Positions 1 through 13,355 of a stretch of 64,000 nucleotides of DNA are shown piece by piece. The DNA is from the human T2T-CHM13v2.0 reference genome, Homo sapiens. Position 1 is the first letter of the stretch. Every line of letters begins with the position of its first letter. The position numbers were made by a program, and so were the translations under genes. The stretch lies in assembly GCF_009914755.1 (NCBI RefSeq), contig NC_060929.1. One strand, 5' to 3'. Under the pieces are notes generated by a model. That model was not told the DNA's origin and did not search any database. It worked only from the letters and a program-made list of their open reading frames with translations.

Positions 1-1455
1 GTAATCTTATTTGTACTGAAGACCTTTGGGCTTCCTATACCTGGATATTTACATTTTTCTCCAGGTTTGGAAAGGTTTTCAGCCATTATTTCTTTAAATA
101 CACTTCATATCTGTTTATCTTTCTCTTCTCCTTTAACTCCTATGACTTAAAAGTTTTCTTTTTTGATACTGCCTCATAAATCCTGTAAGCTATCTTCATC
201 TATTTTCTTTCATTTTTCTTTTTCTCTGACATTACATTTTTTAATAGTCTGCATTCAAGTTTACAAATTTTTTCTCTGCTTGATCAGTTCTGTTGTTGAT
301 TTTCTCCATTGCATGTTTCATTTAGTTTACTGAATTTTTCAGCCCTATGATTTCTATTATTATTATTATTAATATTATTATTATTGTTCCCATCTCTATA
401 TTACATTTTTATCTTGGTTATTTATTGCTTTCCTCATTTCATTGAATTGCTTGTATTCTGTTGAAGTTTGCTGAGCTTTTTAATAATAATTATTTAAAAT
501 TCCTTGCAAAGAGTTAATACATCTCGATTTCCTTGGGTCAATCACTGGCACCTTACTTTTTTTATTTAATGATGTCATTTTTCCCTGATTATTCTTTATC
601 TTTTTGGTTATGCATCAGTGTCTGTGCATTTGAAGAAATAGGTTCTTATTCTAGTCTTTGCAGACTGGCGTTGTCTGGAAAAACTCTGCAGCAGATGCGG
701 CAGTAGGGCATATCAGAATCCTGAGGCAGCTGCAGGTGGTATAGCACTGCCAGACGTCTAGGGTTCACTACAGCAAGTGCTGTGCTGTGACAGGCCAGAA
801 GCTTTGGGCTGGTGTAGACAGTGCTGTTATGGGGCATCCCTAAAACTCAGGCAGCAGTGGCTTCTATGGTCCTGCCAGAAGCCTGGGGCAGATATGGCCA
901 CCCCAGGACTGGGGCACATCCGGATCCAGAGACCACTAAGGCCTGCCTGCTGCTGAGGGCTATCTGGAGGCTGGGGGCACTGATGTCAGCCTGGTTGTGG
1001 TTTGGGCTAAAGATAGGGTTTGCCATGTAAGTCTCAACTGTGTGGTCCTGCCCTATGCCAGGACAGGTCTAGAGACTTAGTCCACATGTAGCAGCTTGGA
1101 AGACGGAGCCATGAGGGTCTTCCTAGTGCTGAGTTTTACTATGGCGGGCCCAGTGTTGGATTCCAGGGCAAAGTCCTGTGCCTACTTCCCTCACTTTTCC
1201 CCAGTTGGACAGTTTCTCTACACTGTGCTGCCTGAGGTTCAAGGAAAAGTTACACGAGTAATGTAAAACTTTCCTTCCAACCATCTTCAAGGAATCTTTG
1301 CTATTATTGTGCTGAAACCATGTACTATCATCCCTCAGCTAGTCTGATTATCTCTTGTAAAGGTATTTTTGTGTATGAATAGTTTTTCAGATTGATGTTC
1401 CTGTTGGGGGGTGTTCACTGGCGAGTCCTGGTTCAACATCTTCCTCTGCCTCTTT
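1..1455 (-). mobile_element. Old L1M LINE, 5'UTR plus ORF1 portion (runs off the window start)
   Basis: T-rich antisense ORF1-like text (tttctccaggtttggaaaggttttcagccattatttctttaaata), a GC-richer 5'UTR-like block at ~650-1250, and a terminal ...catcttcc resembling the antisense L1 5' end. Confidence 0.65.
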
Positions 1456-1737
1456 CCTCTAAAGGCCTTAATCTCAATGATCCCTCACTAATGCCACACA
1501 AGGGAAAGTTCAAATTTCCTGGTACACATTTTTTTCTGTAATTTCAATTTCATCCTGAATTTGCCTTTACATCCTTTTTAAAAACTAAGTTCTGTTCTAT
1601 GTATAAATAGTTTTCTCCATCAAGAATAATGAGTAAAATAGTTGTGGATCAATTCAGGGACAGGATCAAATCTGTGGGCTCACTGATGTTTAGATTAATC
1701 ATTTTGATTGTACTCTCCAAGCATCAGTGTGGAAATC

Positions 1738-1842
1738 AACTTCACCCATAAAGTGTTAAGGACTCAACGAAATGTTTATAAATCACAAGGCATAGTGCTT
1801 GGAGTAGAATAGGCACCCAATAAATGCCAAATCATTATTATA
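1738..1842 (+). mobile_element. MIR SINE 3' fragment
   Basis: gcatagtgcttggagtagaataggcacccaataaatg resembles the MIR 3' end. Confidence 0.5.
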
Positions 1843-2466
1843 TCATCAACAAGATAATCAAAATACTATTCTCAATCCACTCCTGTGAATTCTGTGTGTA
1901 ATCTTTTGTTTTAAGCATTATTTTGAAAATTTGAATGGATGTAGTAAGTTAAAAGATTTGGCAATGATTTATTTAGCTGAGTTTAATTATTGAGCAACAT
2001 ATACCCATTAGTATTTGCATACTTTCAGTCTTATAAACTTTCAGAAACATCCAAAGAACTAGACTCCACTGAGAACAATGATCAGACCGGTGTCAAAAGG
2101 GCTAGAATGAATCTTCAAATGTTATGATCCTGTCTTCACCTAAGCCTCAGAATTATCCACTGAACCAATGGCACTCATTTCAATTAATGTGCATATTGGG
2201 TTTCTGAAGGATTTCTTCAAGTAAGCTATTAGAGGAAAATGATATTATTTTAAATATTTCTTTATGTAGAATGAATTAAATGAATTATTTTTACTATTCC
2301 TGATACATATGTGAGAATGTAAACACTTAGAAAATATCACACTCTTTTTGGGGACAGTGTTCTTTAATAAAAACTGGTGAGAACAAGGTTTTTGGGAGGT
2401 GAAGAAAAGAATTCACATAGTTTTCTCTTCTATTTGGACCAGGATTTCTATTAAATTAGAATTTTA

Positions 2467-2756
2467 GGCCAGGGGTGGTGGCTCACGCCTGTAATCCCAG
2501 CACTTTGGGAAGCAGAGGAGAGTGGATCACCTGAGGTCGGGAGTTTGAGACCAGCCTGGCCAACATGGGGAAACTCCGTCTCTACTAAAAATACAAAAAT
2601 TAGCTGGGCATGGTAGTGGGTACCTGTAATCCCAGCTACTCAGGAGGCTGAAGCAGGAGAATCGCTGGAACCCAGGAGACGGAGTTTGCAGTGAGCCGAA
2701 ATCATGCCACTGCACTTGAGCATAGGTGACAGAGCGAAACTGTCTCAAAAAAAAAA
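2467..2756 (+). mobile_element. AluS (Sx-like) SINE
   Basis: GGCCAGGGGTGGTGGCTCACGCCTGTAATCCCAGC start, A5TACA5 linker, A tail decaying into (TA)n. Confidence 0.95.
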
Positions 2757-3702
2757 TTATATATATATATAGAATTTCATAGGAATCCCTCACAGGTATT
2801 AGAATATGAATTGAATATTATTACGTCATTATACTTAGGAATATATCATTTTCTGATACTTTCTTTGGCTTAACCCAGTATATTCTTTTTGTTTTTACTG
2901 AAAAATCATGATGCATGCAATTAAAATTATTTACTATTGAGGACGATATTTCACTAACAATTTTCTATATGGAATTAGAACTGAGTGAAAGAGTACCATA
3001 TAGAATATTGAAATAATTCCCAGTTCAAAGAAGACTTTAATGGACTTGGCTGCTTCTTATTTCTTGCGTGGGATTCCCAAAATTTAATATTCAATGAGAT
3101 AAAGAATTTTCAAATTATTATAATAACTAAACCTGTAAAAAATGTGTTTGTTACATGAGGACTTGTAATTAGCAAAATATTCAATCCCTGATGGGAAACT
3201 CATAAATGTAGTGACCTATACTGAGAGGCCGATGCGGTTCTCTGATGTTACTGAAGTGTGAGGTTGACCAATGTTTATTATCTCTCTTGACATTGCTATT
3301 GGAAAATTTCATTCAACTTTCCAATTAATTTTTTCCATTGTGTTCAACTTAATGTAATATTTTTCTTTATGTCCTTGGTTATCTTTTGTAGTATGTTTCA
3401 CAAGATTTTAATGCACTGCTGTTGAAAGCAACTATATTAGGGTTATTACCCACTCAGCTAAAATGAAGAATGCTAAATAATTGACAGATAGAGATAAGAG
3501 TACTAACCCCAGTGGTAGAGGACATTATATGCCCAGTTGGTGTTGTAGAGAGAGCAATGGCATAGTGCAGCAGGCTGTTTCAAGGGTTAATTGCTGCACT
3601 TAAAGTCATTTATTGCAGAACAGATGTCAGCAACATGTTCACAATTTAAAGAAAAATATCACATTCACCAGCTCTCATGCAAATGAAACGTCCATGAAAA
3701 GT

Positions 3703-3726
3703 AAAAAAAAAAAAAAAAAAAAAAAA
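3703..3726 (+). repeat. Poly(A)24 mononucleotide run
   Basis: 24 consecutive A with no adjacent recognisable retroelement. Confidence 0.9.
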
Positions 3727-4024
3727 GCCATTTGTGTAACTGCTAGGGCCTCAGGAAAACACAGGGTTTCCGAAATAAGGTGATAGGAAGGTGGTAGGAA
3801 GTGGGGCAGATGATGGTAGGAAAGAAAGAAGAAAAGGAAAGGAGGGAGGAAATATTGAATTTGGTGTATGATTAAGATGGCCTTGATGGAGCAAAAAAAT
3901 GTAAAACGGTTTTTATAGTGTTGTATTTTAGGTATAATTCTCTAATTATATATTGTTAACCTATTAATTTTTGAAAGGAAAAGATAAACAGAAGAATCTC
4001 ATAACAAATTTTAAAAGTCAACAG

Positions 4025-4210
4025 TAATAAAATAATAACTGGCATTTTTTGATACACACTTGAGGATTTAGAGTGTGTTGGAACTCCATATCCTCCAATT
4101 TATCTGACTCATACAATGAGTTTTAGGGAAGAGGTGAAACTCAAAGAACTTCAGTAACTTGAAGTCACAGAATAAGCAAATGCCATTTGAACAAAATACC
4201 AAGTCCGGGC
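4025..4210 (-). mobile_element. Degenerate MIR
   Basis: Antisense core-like text gaggtgaaactcaaagaacttcagtaacttgaagtcacagaataag. Confidence 0.4.
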
Positions 4211-4479
4211 TGTGTTCTGATATACCCTAGCATTACTTCCTAAGTTCATTTTTGGTTCGACATACACTGAAAATGTTGAAGTCCTTATTAATTCTAATAA
4301 TATAAGATGTATTTTTTAGTAGCATGGCAGTGAAGTAACAGATGATGTCTCCTTGCTTAGTCTTCACCACAGTTTACAAAGCCACACTGCTCAGACAATG
4401 AGACAGGTTTTATGAATAATGACCATAGCCATTATTTCCCTGAAATGCTACGATAGTAATACTGAAAAAGTAACAATGT

Positions 4480-4978
4480 ACTCTATGATCCAGCAATCCC
4501 ACTGCTGAGTCTATACCTAAAAGAACGGAAATCAGTAGATCAAAGAGGTCTCTGCGCACCCATGTTTGTTGCAGCACTGTTCACAATAGCCAAGATTTGG
4601 AAACAACCTTAGTGTCTACCAACAGATGAATGGAAAAAGAAAATGTGGTACATATACACAATGGAAAACTAGCCATTAAAAAGAATGAGATTCTGGCCAG
4701 GAACCATGGCTCATGCCTGTAATCCCAGCAATTTGGGAGGCCGAGGTAGGGGGGATCACCTGAGGTCAGGAGTTTGAGACCAGCTTGGGCCAATATGGTG
4801 AAACCCTGACTCTACTAAGCAAATACAAAATAGCCAGGAGTGGTGGCGCATGCCTGTAATCTCAGCTACTCAGGAGGCTGAGGCACAAGAATCATTTGAA
4901 CCCAGGAGGCTGAGGTTGCAGTGAGCCGAGATTGTGCCACTACACTTCAGCCTGGGCGACAAGAGCAAAATTCTGTCT

Positions 4979-5009
<31 letters not shown>

Positions 5010-5490
5010 TTCTGTCATTTGCAACCACATGGATGGAACTAGAGATCATTATGTTAAATTAAATAAGGCAGGCACAGAAAGATGAACATCACATGTTCTC
5101 ACTTACTTGTGGGATCTAAAAATCAAAATAATTAAATTCATGGACATAAAGTGTAGAAGGATGGTTACTAGAGGCTGAGAAGGTAATGAGGTGGTGAGGG
5201 GAAGGTGGGGATGGTCAATGGGTACAAAAAATAGCTAGAAAGAATCAATAAGACCTAGTATTTGATAGGACAGGAGGATGACTTTAGTTCAGTAATAACG
5301 TAATTGCACATATTAAAATAATGAAGAGTATAATTGGATTGTTTGTAACACAAAGGGTAAATGTTTGAGGGGATGGATACCCCATTCTCCATTATGTGAT
5401 TACAGTATATTGCATGCTTGTGTCAAGACATCTCATGTACCTCATAAATATATTTATCTACTATATATCCACCAGAATTAAAAATAAAAC
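4480..5490 (+). mobile_element. L1MA (MA1-MA3-like) 3' end, interrupted by an Alu
   Basis: ORF2-end text gatccagcaatcccactgctg...gcagcactgttcacaatagccaag; 3'UTR gaggggatggataccccattctcc; A-rich tail. Confidence 0.85.
4695..4999 (+). mobile_element. AluS (Sq-like) inserted in L1MA
   Basis: Full dimer, GACAAGAGC diagnostic, TSD ending GAGATTCT on both sides. Confidence 0.95.
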
Positions 5491-5517
5491 AATTTAAAAT
5501 GTAATAATGAGCTTATA

Positions 5518-5780
5518 ATGCATACAAAAAATAGAAAAATGAATAAGACTTACTATTTGGTAGCACAATAGGGTTACTATAGTCAGTAATAATTGTAGAC
5601 TTTAAAATAAAGAGTGCAATTGGATTGTTTGTAACTCAAAGGATAAAGGTTTGAGGGGATGGATACCCCCATAATATGCTTATTTCATAGTGTTTGCCTG
5701 TATCAAAACATCGCATGTACTCTATAAATATGTACACCTACCATGTACCCCCCAAAATAAAAATAAATGAAAATAAAAAG
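5518..5780 (+). mobile_element. Second, short 5'-truncated L1MA 3'UTR insertion
   Basis: Homologous to 5220-5490; flanked by the 13-bp direct repeat TAATGAGCTTATA (5505-5517 and 5781-5793). Confidence 0.85.
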
Positions 5781-5996
5781 TAATGAGCTTATAGCACTTC
5801 ATTTTAAATATTTTTACATACCCACCTTGAAAATCAGCCATGCTAAGTCCCAGAATTTTTTAAAAGTGTTGTATTACCGAATTTTCACTGCCATATATGT
5901 TCTTAAAAGCAGATGTAAGTTGAAAATGTGAAATTAATTTGTATCTCAACTTTATGTCCCATTTCCCAGGTGTAGAACACTTCACCACGGCTTGTT

Positions 5997-6040
5997 TTAT
6001 ATATATAAATATATATAAAAAAATATATAAATACATATAA

Positions 6041-6072
<32 letters not shown>

Positions 6073-6080
6073 AATAAAAA
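5997..6080. repeat. (TA)n / AT-only low-complexity tract
   Basis: Almost pure A/T alternating run. Confidence 0.9.
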
Positions 6081-8712
6081 ACACACATGTGCACTTGTCT
6101 TTTTCATATAGTGACGTCTTTTCCTCTGGATAGATACCCAGTAGTGAGATTGCTGGATCAAATGGTAGATCTACTTTTAGTTATTTAAAGAATCTCTATA
6201 CTGTTTTCCATAGTGCTTGTAGTAGTTTACATTCCCACAAGCAGTGTAAAAGTGTTCTCTTTTTACCATCCATGCCAACATGTATTATTGATTTTTTAAT
6301 TATAGTCATTCTTGCAGGAGTAAGGTGGTATCACATTGTGGTTTTGATTTGCATTTCCCTGATCATTAGTGATGTTGAGCATTTTTTCATATGTTTTTTT
6401 GGCCATTTGTATATCTTCTTTTGAGAATTGTCTATTCATGTCCTTAGCCCACTTTTTGATGGGATTATTTGTTTTTTTCTTGCTGATTTGTTTGAATTCC
6501 TTATAGGTTCTTTATATTAGTCCTTTGTTGGATGCATAGTTGGTGAATATTTTTTTCCCATTTTGTAGGTTGCTTACTCTGCTGATTATTTCATTTATCT
6601 TTGTTTTCACTGCATTTGCTTCTGGGTTCTTGGTCTTTGCCTAAGCCAATGTCTAGAAGAGTTTTTCCAATGTTATCATCTAGAATTGTTACAGTTTTGG
6701 GTACTAGATTTAAGTCTTTTATTCCATCTTGAGTTGATTTTTGTATAAGGTGAGAAATGAGGATCCAGTTTCATTCTTCTATGTGTGACTTGCCAATTAT
6801 CCCAGCACAATTTGTTGAATGGGGTGTGCTTTCTGTACCTTATGTTTTTGTTTATTGTCAAAGATCGGTTGGCTGTAAGTATTTGGCTTTTTTTTTTCTG
6901 GGTTCTTTATTCTGTTCCATTGGTCTATATGCCTATGTTTATACCAGTACCAGGCTGTTATGGTGACTATATCCTTGTAGCAAAGTTTGAAGTCGATTAC
7001 TGTGATGCCTCCAGATTTGATCTTTTTGCTTAGTCTTGCTTTGGCTGGGTGGGCTCTTCTTGGGTTCTGTATGAATTTTAGGATTCTTTTCCTAGTTCTG
7101 TGAAGAATGATGATGGTATTTTGATGAGAATTGCGTTGAATTTATACAGTACTTTTTTGCAGTATGGGCTTTTTCACAATATTGATTCTACCCATCCTTG
7201 AGCAATGGTGTATGTTTCCATTCGTTTGTGTCATCATCATCTATGATTTCTTTCAGCAGTGTTTTGTAGTTTTCCTTTTAGAGGTCATTCACCTCCTTGG
7301 TTAGGTTTATTCCTACGGATTTTATTTTATTTTATTCTTAAGGCCATTGTAAAAGGGGTTGAGTTGATTTGATTCTCAGTTTGGTCACTGTTGGTTTATA
7401 GCAGTGCTACTGATTTGTTTACATTAATTTTGTATCCTGAAACCTTACCGAATTCATTTATCAAATATAGGGGTTTTTTGAATGAGTCTTCAGGGTTTTC
7501 TAGGTATCTGATCATATCATCAGTAAGCAGCAATGCTTTGACTTCCTCTTTACTAATTGAGATACCCTTTATTTCATACTCTTGTTTAATTGCTCTGACT
7601 AGAATGTCCAGTACTATGTTGAACAGAAGTGGTGAAGTTGGGCATCCTTGCCTTGGTCCAGTTCTCAGGGGGAGTGTTTTCAACTTTTCACTGTTCAGTA
7701 TAATGTTGGCTGTGGGTTTGTTGCAGATGGCTTTTATTAGCTTAAATTATATCCCTTCTATGCCAATTTTGCTAAGGACTATAATTATATAAGGATGCTG
7801 AATTTTGTCAAATGCTTTTTCTGCATCTATTGAGATTTTCATGTGATTTTTGCTTTTAATTATTGTTATGTGGTGTATCACATTTATTGACTTGTGTACG
7901 TTAAACCATCCCTGGTATGAAACCCACTTGATCATGATGTAATATCGTTCCAATACACTGTTGGATTAAGTTAACTAGGATTTTGTTGAGGATTTTTGCA
8001 TCTATGTTCATCAGGGATATTGGTCTGTTGTTCTTTTTGTTCTTTTGTTGTTGTCATTTCCTGGTTTTGGAATTAGGGTAGTACTAACTTTACAGAATGA
8101 TTTAGGAGGATTCCCTCTTTATCTTTTGGAATAGTTTCAGTAGGACTGGTACCAATTATTTGAATGTATAATAGCTGTGAATCTGTCTGGTCCTGAATTT
8201 TTTTTTTTGGTTAACAATTTTTTTTCCTTTTGTTTTTCACCATTTTGGTCTCGCTGTTGTTATTGGCCTGTTCAGAGTTTCTATTTCTTCCTGGTTTAAT
8301 CCAGGAGAGTTGTATATTTTTAGGAATTTATCCATCTCCTCTAGGTTTTCTAGCTTGTGCGTGTAAAAGTTCTCAGAGTAGCCTTGAATGTTCTTTTGTA
8401 TTTCTGTGGTATTGGTCGTAATATCACCCATTACATTTCTAGTTAAACTTATTTGAATTTTCTCTCTTCTTTTCTTGGTTAATCTCACTAACAGTCTATC
8501 AATTTTGTTTATCTTTTCAAATAACCAGCTTTTTGTTTCATTTATCTTTTGTATTTTTTTGTTTTAATTTCATTTAGTTCTGCTCTGATCGTTGTTATTT
8601 CTTTTCTTCTGCTAGGTTTGGGTTTGGTTTGTTCTTGTTTCTCTAGTTCCTTGTGATGTGACCTTAGATTGCCAGTTTGTGCTCTTTTAGAATTTTTGAT
8701 GTAGGCATTTAA
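6081..8712 (-). mobile_element. L1PB-like LINE, internal ORF2 fragment
   Basis: Minus-strand ORFs give decayed ORF2 peptides ([47 protein letters not shown]); L1PB-type text gatagatacccagtagtgagattgctggatcaaatggtag. Confidence 0.9.
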
Positions 8713-10844
8713 TATTTATGAATTAATATATGTAAATTTTAAAGTATTCAAGTGATACAAAGAATATGATAAAGCAGAAGTGGAGAGTCCTTCATCACAT
8801 GCTCTTTTCTCTGAGAAAACAAATCATGACAGTTTAGATTTTATTCTTATACATCAGGGTTTTTTCATATATACAGTAGTTATATATGATAAATTACATT
8901 TGTAACTATTTTATACACTGATATCAATGGTATTTTTACAAAAAGTAGATGACATAGTCTGCATCTTACATTATTATCTCAATGTACTATCTGCAATCTG
9001 ATTTGATTCCAAAGCTTTTATTGAGACACTATGTCTAATGGGGATGTCACTGGGCATTAAAAGTGAATATTCAGGACTCACACACATTTTTGTATCTAGG
9101 GGACTAGGTGGAATCAGAGACACCTGTGAACTCTGACAAAACTCCAACTCCCCTTCCCAATTCTTTCTGGCCATCCAGAGAGTGGTATATTTCCAAAGGT
9201 TAGATGTGAGGAGAAATGAAAAAAAATGCCCTGGTTCATTATTGAGCTTAAGCCATGAATCCTGCCCTGTATTCACCACAGTTCTGCATTGGATTATTTA
9301 CTATGCAGATATTAAGTAAATGATACTGCTTTTTTCTATTGTCCTTTGTATGCATGTTCCACGGCAGTGCAGGTGGACAGCAGGATAAGGCAGGATCGGG
9401 CACAATAAGAGCATTGAGTGCTGGCGATCTTTGCCCTCTCGTGATTTTATCATGAAGAGCAGCCAAGATGGGTAATGGCCAATTGACCTTTAAGTGGTCA
9501 TTCATTCTTTTACAAAATCCATTTCTAAAGAAAAATGTTATATTTAGATACCTCAATTCCTTCCGTTAGCAACAGTAAAGCCTGGCTTACTATTATTTTT
9601 CAGTAAGATAATTTTTTTTAATAAATTCTTGTTTTCATCCATTTTACAAATCTTTCTTTTTACCCTTTCATAATTTAACTTGTAGATAATTTTTTTTATC
9701 TTGCTAATTTGGGAAAAACACTCACTGTAGTTCTCATACATACACAGAATACTCATAGAGTTTTGTTAAGCTTTTCTGACAGTATTTTTAGTTGTGAACA
9801 AAAATAAACTAGATTTTTAAAATAAAATTATATAATGAAAAATAAAGCAATAAAGAAGAATGTGTGCAGACATCCATCTGCATGTTGAACCAAATAGATT
9901 GAATTCTTTTTAATTTTAATGAGAAAAAATATTTTTAAAACTATTACCATGGCTCATTGCTAATTAGAATTCTTGCTCATTTCAAAACAAAGTACAAGAC
10001 ATATGGTTTTTATATTCCATACTCTCAGGTACAGCAAAAGCTGATACAGAGAAATAGAAAAGACATGGGAGAAAGAAACACTGAGCGGCGGTTGAAACAT
10101 GTGGTGTTATCTTTTGATAGCCTACTTACATTTCATGTTTTTATTTGTAAACATATGGACAGTAGGTTCATGGCAAGAGCAGATGATTCATTCGGAATCA
10201 ACCCAGAGATTTAAGATGATGTCCACATGAGATGTTTCACAATTGGCACATTTGTCTAAAACCTGAATTTCTTCTTTGGCTTTTCACATATAAATGAATA
10301 GTGTTTTCTCTGATATGTATATGACCATCAGAGGGGAACCAATTGCTGGGCCATTTATCAAAATTATGCCTCAGCCAGAATGGCTCGAGCTAAAATTGTA
10401 GGAATAAGTACATGATCACCAAATGGAATTTTACTCAAGTCAATTGGAAATTTAGATTTGTGTTAGATATTTCAGACTTCTGAACTCAGAAAATGTTCAC
10501 TCCATTTGGTGACCAGGATATAGTTCTCTAGGGCCAGGAAATAACGAAACAGATAAAAGTGGCATAGCGTCTTCCAAGTGATGACTGTTCACCTGTAGCT
10601 TTTCTAAGTCTCTGTCTCCAGTCTTCCTAATGAAGTCGCAGGCCATGAGGATCGAGAGAGAATGCAGTTCTGATGGCCAGGGTTACACAGATAAATGTGT
10701 TCCCTCATGCAGAGAAGCCTTCCCACTGACCCAAGACAGATCCCAGAAGGAAGTGAGGCAATGTGCATTTTCCCTGCCCCTGGCACACCTAATGTGTCTC
10801 TGCATCACCTTGATCAGAATCTGGCTCGACCACATGCTTTCTTA

Positions 10845-10995
10845 ATTCTCTCTCCCACTAGAGTGTTAAATACCAAAGGGGAGCATTTATGAAAGCAGGA
10901 TTTGTGTCTAATTCTGCTCTCCTCCCTCTGGGTCAGTACCATGGGTAACTAAATATAAGGGTCTTATTTAATGTAAGTAATAAATAAATGAATCA
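10845..10995 (+). mobile_element. L2 3' end relic
   Basis: tctctcccactagagtgt...gcaggatttgtgtcta...ataaataaatgaat resembles the L2 3' terminus. Confidence 0.4.
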
Positions 10996-11562
10996 GTTAA
11001 TGATAAATGAAGGAGTCAATGAGTTAGTGGTTAAATTGCAACCTTGATTCACAAATACTCTTTCTGAATGGCAAGCCTTGAAAACTCAAATTAGTGAATG
11101 TCTCCTGGTGGAAGAGAGGGAGTTCAGCCTATGTAGTGCCCTACTTCCCTGACCTATCACAAGCAAATTACTAACAGGTCTAATTATCCTTAAGTTTTCT
11201 TATTTCTAGGGACACTGCCACTTTTCATCCTTCAGGTCAGATACATAAGCCTGGTTGCTGCTGCCACTGTTATGCATCCACATTAATGCTTGCAATCATC
11301 ATTATTATGATGTGAGTGCTAAATGCTAAAGCATGTTTACCTCTTAAAGTAACAACACTTGTTTTGATTCAGCCATTTTTTTAGAGTTTCACAATCTACC
11401 TGGATTCGTGCTTTATATATTTATGAATGTTAAGATTTTAAAGATAATTTTGAAATAAATACTCTTTCCACCCCTTCCTAAAGAACACACACACACAGAC
11501 ACAGACATGCTTTGTGGACTTCCCACATCTATCTGTAGCCACAGGAAACCATGTGTGATTAG

Positions 11563-11985
11563 GGTGATGGTTGGTTTCATGGGCAAACATGGCTGGCCAA
11601 TTATTCTTATGTAACCAAACATGAGTCTAGGTGTTGCTGTCAACAACACAACAACAGACGTAGAAAGTTAACAACTACCATCCGTTGACCGTAAATAAAG
11701 GAGATCATCCTCAATAATGTGGATGAGTTTTATCCAATCAGTTGATGGCAACAGAAGCAAAAGTGAAGTTTCTCTGAAGAAGAAAAAATTATGCCTCAAG
11801 ACTGAAAGCACTAGCTCTTGCCCTAGAGTTTTCAACCTGCTAGCAAGCTAACTCATCAGATTTTAGACTTGGCAGCCCCTGCAGTTGCACAAGCCAATTT
11901 TTTCACGGAGAGAGATGGAGATAGAGATAAACATATAGAGCGATAGAGATAGAGAGAGATAGAGATAGATGATAGATAGATAGAT

Positions 11986-12033
<48 letters not shown>

Positions 12034-12150
12034 CAAGCCAATTTATTCATAGAGATAGACACAGAACAATAAATTAGATAGGTAGATGGATGGATTGATA
12101 GATGATAGATATTTAGTTATTAATAGATAGATACCCTAGTGATCCTGATA
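11563..12150 (+). mobile_element. MLT2 (MLT2D-like, ERVL) solo LTR
   Basis: gtgatggttggtttcatg...tctaggtgttgctgt...tccaatcagttga...tgcctcaagactg...cagattttagacttggcagcccc. Confidence 0.75.
11907..12132. repeat. Compound GATA tetranucleotide STR with perfect (GATA)12 at 11986-12033
   Basis: Direct count of the repeat units. Confidence 0.95.
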
Positions 12151-12617
12151 CAAAACAACACATATTTATTCTCTCACACTGTAGATTAGGAATCACCACC
12201 TAGTTGAGTCCTCTGCTTCAGGGTTTCACAGGCTATAGTCAGGATGCCTGCTAGTATTGTGATCTCTGAAAGCTCATCTGTGGAGAAGGATTTAATTCTT
12301 TGCTTATATGGTTGCTGGTGGCATTCAGTCCCCTGGGAGGCCACCTCAGTTTCTTTTCCTGTGGCACTCCCCATAGGCGGCTCACAATATGGTAGCTTGC
12401 TTCTTCAAAGCCTGCAAGGAAGATCCTCTCAGTAAAACAGGTGTCATAGCTTTATGTAACATAATCACATACACATAATCATGTATATATTAGCATCTTT
12501 TCCATATTCTACTCATTTCAAACTAGTCCTACTCAACTCCAGGAGAAAAGACTGCATAGGGAGTAACACCATGCAGTAAGAAAGAAAAGGGGCCACCTTC
12601 ACAGTATGTCAGCCACA
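12150..12617 (-). mobile_element. MLT1 (F/G/H-like, MaLR) LTR
   Basis: atttattctctcacactgtag...gagtcctctgcttcagggtttcacaggct...ggtagcttgcttcttcaaagcc...gccaca. Confidence 0.65.
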
Positions 12618-13119
12618 ATAAGTATGGTATCTCTTTTGTTCTGAAATTGATACATAGGCCCTTGTTTAATTCATATAAGAACTCGTTTTTCTAAAATTAT
12701 TATTCAAAAAGTCTTTGACCTTGGAATCTTTTAAAACAATAAAGGATCTATGTAATCTGTATTTACTCAGTATTTTTGTCACAACTCACTGTTTCTCTTG
12801 TAATAGTGTTAATTACATCATATTACTACAGATTGTCTTGCAATCAACCAGATCTAGTCTACAAAACCAGCAAGATACAACTCATCACAATGTGTTTAAA
12901 CATCAGTTAGTTAGGAAATATTTGTGCATACATATGTTTACATGTTTACTCTTTAAAGTTTTGATGGTGAATCAATACTTACTGAACTTTAAATACAGGC
13001 ATACCTTACATTTTATAACTTGTCTCACAACAGTTAAGTGTTGTAAAGTAAGTTCTACTAAAATTCTTTCTCTTGCAATTATGTGATGATATAAAATCAT
13101 TTGTAGATTTATTAGTACT

Positions 13120-13355
13120 TTTTAAATTAAAATTATATTTAGAAGCATTAGATTATCATTGATTTACATTTGGTTAGTTAGATATTATATTTTACATATT
13201 AAATATATTTATGAATATACAATATTATATATGATTTACTTAAAATTACAAACATACTATATTATAATAAATATAATATAAACTTTATTAATATATGTTA
13301 TATATTTTATAATTCATTATTTATTTTAAGTAAAATTAAAATTAGTAATATATGC
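13120..13355. repeat. AT-rich low-complexity region
   Basis: Very high A/T content with TA runs. Confidence 0.7.

Noticed and set aside
11907-12132. Regularly spaced repeats as a CRISPR-like array
   Set aside because: Simple GATA microsatellite with no unique spacers; eukaryotic context with no cas genes
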